This document shows positions 5,346 through 11,335 of a stretch of DNA of 11,335 nucleotides, in pieces. This DNA comes from Sandaracinaceae bacterium (lineage in GTDB: Bacteria > Myxococcota_A > Polyangia > Polyangiales > Sandaracinaceae). Location: the NCBI GenBank assembly GCA_044220955.1, contig JBGAQA010000151.1, positions 1-11,335 of the forward strand. Direction: 5' to 3'. How positions within the stretch are numbered: the first letter of the stretch is position 1; each line of letters starts with the position of its first letter. The notes under the pieces were generated by a model. It worked only from the letters and a program-made list of their open reading frames with translations, did not search any database and was not told the DNA's origin. Made by a program: the position numbers and the translations under genes.

Positions 5346-8198
5346 ATGAGCAAAGGTACGGCTCTCGTCATCGTCGAGTCGCCCGCAAAGGCGCGCACCA
5401 TCGCCGGCTACCTGGGCGAGGGCTACGTCGTCGAGTCCTCGATCGGGCACATCCGCGATCTCCCCAAGAGCGCCGAGGACATCCCGCTCGCGCTCAAGAA
5501 GACGCCCTGGGCCAAGCTCGGGGTCGACGTCGACAACGACTTCAAGCCCCTCTACGTGGTCGACAGCGAGAAGAAGCACCACGTCGCCCACCTCAAGCAG
5601 CTGCTCAAGAAGGCCGACCAGCTCTACCTCGCGACCGACGAAGACCGCGAGGGCGAGAGCATCGCGTGGCACCTCGTCGAGGTGCTGCAGCCGAAGGTGC
5701 CCGTGCACCGGATGGTGTTCCACGAGATCACCAAGAAGGCGATCGCCGACGCGATCGATCACCCGCGCGACATCGACCGCCGGCTCGTGAACGCGCAGGA
5801 AGCGCGGCGCATCCTCGACCGCCTCTATGGCTACGAGGTCTCGCCGGTGCTGTGGAAGAAGGTGCTGCCGCGCCTGTCCGCGGGCCGCGTGCAGAGCGTG
5901 GCGACGCGCATCCTCGTCGAGCGCGAGCGCGAGCGCATGAAGTTCCGCCCGGCGGTGTACTGGGATCTCGAGGCGACGCTCGCGACGCGCGACGGCGTCG
6001 AGCTCACCGCCACGCTGAACACGGTCGACGGCAAGCGCCTCGCGACGGGCAAGGACTTCGACGGCACGGGGAAGCTCGTGAAGGCCGACGTGCTCGTGCT
6101 CGACGAGGCCGGCGCGGCCTCGCTCGCGACCGGGCTCGAGGGCCGCACGCTCGACGTGTCGTCGATCGAGCGCAAGCCCTACCGCCGCACGCCGCCGCCG
6201 CCCTTCATGACCTCGACGCTGCAGCAGGAGGCGAGCCGCAAGCTGCGCTTCTCGGCGCAGCGCACGATGAAGGCCGCGCAGCGCCTCTACGAGGGCGGCC
6301 ACATCACGTACATGCGCACGGACTCCACGACGCTGAGCGACACCGCGCTCGCGGCGGCGCGCCGGACGATCGAGTCGCTCTACGGCGCCGAGCACGTGCC
6401 GCCCGGGCCGCGCACCTACGCGAACAAGGTGAAGAACGCCCAGGAGGCGCACGAGGCGATCCGCCCGGCCGGCGACACGTGGCGCACGCCCGACGACCTC
6501 GGCGCGCAGCTCGAGCCCGACCAGGCGAAGGTCTACGAGCTCGTCTGGAAGCGCACCGTCGCCTCGCAGATGAAGGACGCGACCGGCGAGACCGTGTCGG
6601 TCCGCATCGCAGGGACCTCGGCCGAGGGCCGGGCCGTCGAGCTCACGACCTCGGGCCTCACGATCACGTTCCCCGGCTTCTTCCGCGCGTACGTCGAGGG
6701 CTCGGACGATCCCGACGCCGAGCTCGAGAACCGCGAGAAGCACCTGCCGCCGCTCGCCGAGAAGGATCCGCTCGCGGCGCGCTCGCTCCGCGCGGATCGC
6801 CACGAGACGCAGCCTCTCGCCCGCTACACCGAGGCCTCGCTCGTGCGGCGCCTCGAGGAGCTGGGCGTCGGACGCCCGTCCACGTACGCCTCGACGCTCG
6901 GCACGATCCAGGATCGCGGCTACGTGATCCGCAAGGGCACGGCGCTCGTGCCCTCGTTCACGGCGTTCGCGGTGGTGTCGCTGCTCGAGAAGCACTTCCC
7001 GCGTCTGGTCGACTACGCCTTCACCGCGAAGATGGAGGACGACCTCGACGCGATCGCGACGGGCAGCGCCGAGTCGGTGCCCTGGCTGCGGCGCTTCTAC
7101 TTCGGGGGAGCGCCGACGTCCGCCGGCGCGATGATGGGCGACGACGGGCCGCTCGACATGGGCCTCCGGGCGCTCGTGAACACGAACCTGGGCGAGATCG
7201 ACGCCCGCGCGGTGAACTCGATCCCGATCGGGCACGACGAGAGCGGCGTGCCGATCGTCGCGCGCGTCGGGCGCTACGGTCCCTACGTGCAGCGCGGCGA
7301 GGACACGGTCAGCCTCGCCGAGGACATGGCGCCCGACGAGCTGACGGTGACGAAGGCGCTCGCGCTGCTCTCCGCGCCGAGCGGGGACCGCGAGCTCGGC
7401 GCGGATCCGGCGACCGGGCAGCCGGTGCTGGTGCGCATCGGACGCTACGGCGCGTACGTGCAGCTCGGCGAGGCCGGCAACGCGAAGGCGGAGAAGCCGA
7501 AGACGGCCTCGCTGCTCAGCACCATGAAGCCCGACACGCTCACGCTCGAGGACGCGCTCAGGCTGCTCTCGCTGCCGCGCGCGGTCGGCCACGATCCCGC
7601 CGACGGCGAGGTGATCACGGCGCAGAACGGCCGCTTCGGCCCCTACATCACCAAGGGCAAGGAGAGCCGCTCGCTGGCGACCGAGGACCAGATCTTCAAC
7701 CTCACGCTCGAGGAGGCGCTCGCGCTGCTCGCCCAGCCCAAGGAGCGCGGCCGGCGTCGCGCGGCAGGCGCCGCGGCCGGACCGCTCAAGGAGCTGGGCG
7801 ACGACCCCGTCACCAAGAAGAAGATCGTCCTCAAGGAGGGTCGCTTCGGCCACTACGTGACCGACGGCGACACCAACGCGACGCTCCGCAAGGGCGACTC
7901 GCCCGAGTCGATCACGCCCGAGCGCGCGCAGGAGCTGCTCGCGGAGCGCCGCGAGCGCGAGGCCAGCGGGCAGGTCGGTCGCCGCGGCCGCGGGCGCTTC
8001 CGCCGCGGCGGCGCCAAGCCCGCCGCCGCGGTCGCGAAGTCGCCCAAGGCCGCGAAGGAGCCCAAGGAGCCCAAGGCCCCCAAGGCACCGAAGGCCGAGG
8101 CCCGCGCCCCCAAGAAGAAGGCGCCCGCCAAGAAGAAGGCGCCCGCCGGCGCCAAGAAGGTCGCTCCGAAGGGCGTCGAGACGCCTGCGACCTCTTGA
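5346..8198 (+). CDS. topA: DNA topoisomerase I (type IA), 950 aa, with Cys-free C-terminal repeats and Lys-rich tail
   Basis: TOPRIM motifs LVIVESPAKA and LATDEDREGESIAWH, SAGRVQS, AQRLYE, catalytic Tyr in GHITYMRTDS, AQEAHEAIRP, GVGRPSTY. Four C-terminal repeats GRYGPYV / GRYGAYV / GRFGPYI / GRFGHYV. ATG at 5346. Confidence 0.98.
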   Translation: MSKGTALVIVESPAKARTIAGYLGEGYVVESSIGHIRDLPKSAEDIPLALKKTPWAKLGVDVDNDFKPLYVVDSEKKHHVAHLKQLLKKADQLYLATDEDREGESIAWHLVEVLQPKVPVHRMVFHEITKKAIADAIDHPRDIDRRLVNAQEARRILDRLYGYEVSPVLWKKVLPRLSAGRVQSVATRILVERERERMKFRPAVYWDLEATLATRDGVELTATLNTVDGKRLATGKDFDGTGKLVKADVLVLDEAGAASLATGLEGRTLDVSSIERKPYRRTPPPPFMTSTLQQEASRKLRFSAQRTMKAAQRLYEGGHITYMRTDSTTLSDTALAAARRTIESLYGAEHVPPGPRTYANKVKNAQEAHEAIRPAGDTWRTPDDLGAQLEPDQAKVYELVWKRTVASQMKDATGETVSVRIAGTSAEGRAVELTTSGLTITFPGFFRAYVEGSDDPDAELENREKHLPPLAEKDPLAARSLRADRHETQPLARYTEASLVRRLEELGVGRPSTYASTLGTIQDRGYVIRKGTALVPSFTAFAVVSLLEKHFPRLVDYAFTAKMEDDLDAIATGSAESVPWLRRFYFGGAPTSAGAMMGDDGPLDMGLRALVNTNLGEIDARAVNSIPIGHDESGVPIVARVGRYGPYVQRGEDTVSLAEDMAPDELTVTKALALLSAPSGDRELGADPATGQPVLVRIGRYGAYVQLGEAGNAKAEKPKTASLLSTMKPDTLTLEDALRLLSLPRAVGHDPADGEVITAQNGRFGPYITKGKESRSLATEDQIFNLTLEEALALLAQPKERGRRRAAGAAAGPLKELGDDPVTKKKIVLKEGRFGHYVTDGDTNATLRKGDSPESITPERAQELLAERREREASGQVGRRGRGRFRRGGAKPAAAVAKSPKAAKEPKEPKAPKAPKAEARAPKKKAPAKKKAPAGAKKVAPKGVETPATS
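8043..8160 (+). repeat. Low-complexity Lys/Ala/Pro coding repeats in the TopA tail
   Basis: 9-bp period PK[A/E] units, then an exact 18-bp repeat CCAAGAAGAAGGCGCCCG at 8110-8127 and 8128-8145 (KKKAPA x2). Confidence 0.85.
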
Positions 8199-8205
8199 TC
8201 GCGCG

Positions 8206-9030
8206 ATGACCACGCTCATCGCGGGCTGCGGCTACGTCGGCTCGGCGCTCGCCGAGCGCCTCGTGGCCCGCGGCGAGCGGGTGATCGCGCTGACCCGCTC
8301 GGAGCGCGCGCTGCCCGCGGGCGTCGAGCCCCTCGTCGCGTCGCTGCCGGACCCGAGCCTCGTGGTCCCGCGCGGGATCGATCGCCTTGTCTACGCCGTC
8401 GCGCCCGGACGGCGCGACGACGATGCCTACCGGCGTGCGTACCCCGAGGGCCTCGCGTCGGTCCTCGACGCGCTCGACCGCGCGGACGGAAGCCTCTCGC
8501 GCGCGGTGCTGGTCTCGAGCACCGCCGTGTACGCGCAGGACGACGGCAGCGTCGTCGACGAGCGCTCGCCTGCGCGCGCGACGGGCACCGCCTCCCGCGT
8601 CCTTTCGGCCGAGGCGCTCCTCGCCGAGGCGCTGGGCACGCGAGGCGTCGTGCTGCGCCTGTCCGGGATCTACGGACCCGGCCGCGACCGCATCGTGCGC
8701 TCGGTCCGCGAGGGCCGCCTGCCCGAGGACGCCGAGCGGATCGGAAACCGCATCCACCGCGACGACGCGGCGGCCGCGATCGATCACCTCCTCGCGCACG
8801 CGGCGCCGGACGCGCTCTACGTCGGGACCGACGAGGCGTCCGTGCCCTTCCGCGAGGTGTATGCCTGGCTCGCCAGCGCGCTCGGTGTCGCGCTCTCGCT
8901 CCCTGCTGCGGCCGGGCCGCCCTCGGGCAAGCGCCTCGACGGATCGCGGCTCCGCAGCACGGGCTTCACCCTCCGCTACCCCACGTTCCGCGAGGGCTAC
9001 GCCGCGCTGCTCACGCCTCGGAGCCCGTGA
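8206..9030 (+). CDS. NAD-dependent epimerase/dehydratase family, atypical SDR (YeeZ-like)
   Basis: Rossmann motif IAGCGYVG, VSSTAVY, LRLSGIYGPGR, RIHRDDAA, LRYPTFREGY; no YxxxK. Starts 7 bp after the topA stop, so probably co-transcribed. Confidence 0.9.
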   Translation: MTTLIAGCGYVGSALAERLVARGERVIALTRSERALPAGVEPLVASLPDPSLVVPRGIDRLVYAVAPGRRDDDAYRRAYPEGLASVLDALDRADGSLSRAVLVSSTAVYAQDDGSVVDERSPARATGTASRVLSAEALLAEALGTRGVVLRLSGIYGPGRDRIVRSVREGRLPEDAERIGNRIHRDDAAAAIDHLLAHAAPDALYVGTDEASVPFREVYAWLASALGVALSLPAAAGPPSGKRLDGSRLRSTGFTLRYPTFREGYAALLTPRSP

Positions 9031-9631
9031 GGCTGTCGCGGTCCATCATCGTGCGCGCCCCGCTCATCTCGCTCACGCCGCCCGAGACGACGAAGGCCAT
9101 GAACTGCGCCGGCTCGGCATCGACGTACTCGACGCGCGTCTTGGGCACGATGATCACGTTGCCCGCGAAGTTGTAGGCCTGCGGCAGGTAGACCGCGACG
9201 TGCTCCGCGAGGCGCACGTCGTCGAAGCGCTGGCACGTCACGAAGCCGAACACCTTGGTGTGACCGCCCGCGTCGAGCGACACCATCGCCGGGCGATCGA
9301 AGCTCTTCTTGTCGCCGACGAACGCGCCCAGCAGATCCTTGAGCGAGGTGTAGAGCAGGCTCACGACCGGCAGCCGCTTGAGAGCTCGCTCGAACGCATG
9401 GATCACCGCCTGACCGATCACGTTGGTCGTCACGATGCCGGTGACCAGGATCAGCGAGAGCGTGATGACGAGGCCGAGCCCCGGGATCGGCACGCCGAGC
9501 GCGGCGTCGATGTAGCGCAGGACGAGCCAGACCGTGTAGATCGTGCCGACGGTGGGCACGAGCACGAGCAGGCCGCGACCGAAGGCGCCGGCGAGGAGCG
9601 TGAGCGGATTGGTGGTGGGGCGACGGGCCAT
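9011..9631 (-). CDS. DUF502-family (COV1-like) membrane protein
   Basis: Two N-terminal hydrophobic helices (GLLVLVPTVGTIYTVWLV; IPGLGLVITLSLILVTGIV), RLPVVSLLYTSLKDL, VYLPQAYNFAGNVIIVP, FMAFVVSGG. Its 3' end overlaps the SDR gene by 20 bp. Confidence 0.85.
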   Translation of the reverse strand: MARRPTTNPLTLLAGAFGRGLLVLVPTVGTIYTVWLVLRYIDAALGVPIPGLGLVITLSLILVTGIVTTNVIGQAVIHAFERALKRLPVVSLLYTSLKDLLGAFVGDKKSFDRPAMVSLDAGGHTKVFGFVTCQRFDDVRLAEHVAVYLPQAYNFAGNVIIVPKTRVEYVDAEPAQFMAFVVSGGVSEMSGARTMMDRDSLTGSEA

Positions 9632-9652
9632 GGTGAGGGCACCTTAGCAGGG

Positions 9653-9695
9653 CGAAATACCGTCGCCGGACCGCCCGTAGAGGTGAGCGAAGGAG
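9653..9695 (+). promoter_or_regulatory. Putative ECF-sigma-type promoter and Shine-Dalgarno for the 9702 gene
   Basis: CGAAAT (9653-9658)-N17-CGTA (9676-9679) resembles SigW-like TGAAAC-N16-CGTA. AAGGAG at 9690-9695 lies 6 nt before ATG 9702. Confidence 0.4.
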
Positions 9696-9701
9696 ACGTC
9701 C

Positions 9702-10589
9702 ATGCGCGTCCAACTGCTCGTCCTCGTCCTCGCCCTCGCCACGCTGGCTCCTCTCGGTGCCGGACCGCTCGCCGTCGCCCGGGCCGAAGATCGCGACGTC
9801 GCCACGTTCGGGGGCGACGCGTACGTGCGCCCCGGGGAGGTCGTCGGCGACGTCTCCGCGTTCGGCGGCTCCGCCCACGTCGACGGCGAGGTGCTCGGCG
9901 ACGTCGCGGCCTTCGGCGGCGATGTGTTGCTCGGACCGACCGCGATCGTGCACGGGAGCGTCGATGCCGCGGGTGGGCGCGTGCAGATGATGCCCGGCGC
10001 GCGCGCGCTGGGCGGAGCGCGCTCGGGGGCTCCGGACCCCTCGGTGGACCACCACGAGCGGGGCCACGACGACGGCGGCGAGGTCGGAGCGCTCGTGCGC
10101 GGCCTGCTCTTCTCCGCCCTGCTCTTCCTCTTCGCGCTGCTGCTGACCGGCGTCGTGCCCGAGCGCATGTCGGCGATGCACGTCGCGATCATCCGCGAGC
10201 CCGGGCGCAGCGCCGGCGCGGGCCTGCTCGGGTACCTGAGCGCCACCGTCGTGCTGGTGGCGCTGATGATCACGATCGTGGGCATCCCGCTCGCGCTCGC
10301 CCTCGCGGTCCTGGTGCCCGTCGCGACGTACGTGGGCCTCGCCGCAGCCGCGACCGTCATCGGCGCCGCGCTGCCGGTGGAGCGCCTGCGCGGCCGCCCG
10401 GTGCTGCAGATCCTCTCCGGCGTCGCCTGCCTCTTCGTGGTCTCGCAGATCCCCGTGCTCGGCTCGATCGCCCTCGCGCTCGTCGCGTGCGTCGGCCTCG
10501 GGGCGCTCCTCAGGACCCGGTTCCGCGCGAGCCCGCCCGCCGAGCTCGGCTCCGGCGAGGGGCCCTACCGCGCGGCGGCCAGCGTCTGA
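9702..10589 (+). CDS. Membrane protein with signal peptide, bactofilin-like beta-helical repeats and multi-pass C-terminal domain
   Basis: Hydrophobic signal-like N-terminus. Repeats DVATFGGDAYV, GEVVGDVSAFGGSAHV, GEVLGDVAAFGGDVLL, VHGSVDAAGGRVQM, followed by about 5-6 hydrophobic helices. Good SD. Confidence 0.8.
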   Translation: MRVQLLVLVLALATLAPLGAGPLAVARAEDRDVATFGGDAYVRPGEVVGDVSAFGGSAHVDGEVLGDVAAFGGDVLLGPTAIVHGSVDAAGGRVQMMPGARALGGARSGAPDPSVDHHERGHDDGGEVGALVRGLLFSALLFLFALLLTGVVPERMSAMHVAIIREPGRSAGAGLLGYLSATVVLVALMITIVGIPLALALAVLVPVATYVGLAAAATVIGAALPVERLRGRPVLQILSGVACLFVVSQIPVLGSIALALVACVGLGALLRTRFRASPPAELGSGEGPYRAAASV

Positions 10590-10724
10590 CGCCCCGGCGA
10601 CGCGTCGCACGCGCAACGGCAGGCCTGCGCGGCCGATGAGACGCCGACGCATGCAGCGATGCCGTCCCGCACGTTTCTGCCTGGCTCGCCCCCGCCCCCG
10701 CGTGCCAAGACGGCTCGGCCCGTC

Positions 10725-11335
10725 ATGAGCGATCTCGCGCAGCGCCTCGAAGAACGCTTCGGCCTCGAAGCCTTCCGCCCGTGGCAAGAGGAGGCGATCC
10801 GCGCGCTCCTCGAGGGACCGGGCCGCGCGCTGGTGATCGCGCCCACCGGTGGCGGCAAGTCGCTCTGCTACCAGTTCCCCGCGACCGAGCTGCCCGGGAC
10901 CACCATCGTCGTCTCGCCGCTGATCGCGCTGATGGACGATCAGGTGCGCGGCCTCTCGGCCCGAGGGATCCCCGCGACGTACCTCGCCTCGACGCTCGAT
11001 CCGGAGGTCCGTCGCACGCGCGAGCGAGCGCTGGCAGAGGGGCGCTACAGGCTCGTCTACGTCGCTCCCGAGCGGCTGGGAAACGCGGCGCTGCTCGATC
11101 GTCTGCGCGCGCTCGCGCCGCCGCTCGTGGCCATCGACGAGGCCCACTGCATCTCCCAGTGGGGGCACGACTTCCGGCCCGACTACCTGCGCCTCGGTGA
11201 GGTCGTGCGAACGCTCGGCGCGCCGCGGGTGCTCGCCTGCACGGCCACCGCGACGCCCGTCGTGCGAGAGGAGATCCTCGAGCGTCTCGGCCTCGACCGC
11301 GCCTCGACCGCGATCGTGCTGCGCGGGTTCGCGCG
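10725..11335 (+). CDS. recQ: RecQ-family ATP-dependent DNA helicase, N-terminal part (runs off the right edge)
   Basis: Translated by hand from ATG 10725: MSDLAQRLEERFGLEAFRPWQEEAI (motif 0), APTGGGKSLCYQFP (Walker A), VVSPLIALMDDQV, YVAPERL, AIDEAHCISQWGHDFRPDY (DEAH plus aromatic loop), ACTATAT. Absent from the ORF track because there is no stop in the window. May be a recQ paralog. Confidence 0.96.
   Translation, partial: MSDLAQRLEERFGLEAFRPWQEEAIRALLEGPGRALVIAPTGGGKSLCYQFPATELPGTTIVVSPLIALMDDQVRGLSARGIPATYLASTLDPEVRRTRERALAEGRYRLVYVAPERLGNAALLDRLRALAPPLVAIDEAHCISQWGHDFRPDYLRLGEVVRTLGAPRVLACTATATPVVREEILERLGLDRASTAIVLRGFA

Noticed and set aside
4751..8209. 1152-aa plus-strand ORF overlapping topA
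   Set aside because: Arg/Pro/Ala-rich off-frame translation typical of GC-rich DNA; the topA frame holds all the conserved motifs.
4377..8219. 1280-aa minus-strand ORF, with a purine-rich SD-like run before an in-frame ATG at 5237
   Set aside because: It is the codon-aligned antisense shadow of topA and the lipoprotein. Stops are rare on the antisense strand of high-GC genes, and no domain motifs are recognisable.
10692..10708. Minus-strand TTGGCACG resembling a sigma54 -24 element (similar TGGCACG at 5284-5278 minus and 9231-9237 plus)
   Set aside because: None has the -12 TTGC/GC at the required GG-N10-GC spacing, and none points into a plausible gene start.
10590..10724. 135-bp intergenic region before recQ as a possible ncRNA, terminator or SOS box
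   Set aside because: Only short GC palindromes expected by chance (e.g. GCGACGCGTCGC, GACGG-N6-CCGTC). No U-tract, recognisable LexA box or RNA family signature.
8387..11200. Long ORFs 8387..10639 (+), 8997..11168 (-), 9644..10360 (-) and 10781..11200 (+)
   Set aside because: Off-frame or antisense shadows of the SDR, DUF502, membrane protein and recQ genes.

Overview
A very GC-rich (by eye about 70-75%), gene-dense bacterial window. The proteins look myxobacterial (Myxococcota, possibly Polyangiales/Sandaracinaceae-like; inferred from a DAG-linker Cys-repeat lipoprotein, a sigma54 activator and codon style). Ten real CDSs are supported: (1) the 3' end of an unknown protein, (2) a PocR-sensor sigma54-dependent activator, (3) divergent from it, a stand-alone hemerythrin-like protein resembling the plant BRUTUS/HRZ iron-sensor domain, (4) a DegP/HtrA protease with a long Pro-rich repeat linker, (5) a Cys-repeat lipoprotein, (6) topA with a Cys-free repeat C-terminus and Lys-rich tail, (7) a YeeZ-like atypical SDR, (8) a DUF502-like membrane protein, (9) a membrane protein with bactofilin-like repeats, and (10) the 5' part of a RecQ helicase that the ORF track misses. 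I found no RNA genes, CRISPR array, mobile element or defence system. Most of the window is ordinary chromosome. The best candidate for an undescribed system is the divergent PocR-activator/hemerythrin pair, a possible metal/O2/redox-sensing module. All family calls come from motif recognition, not database searches.
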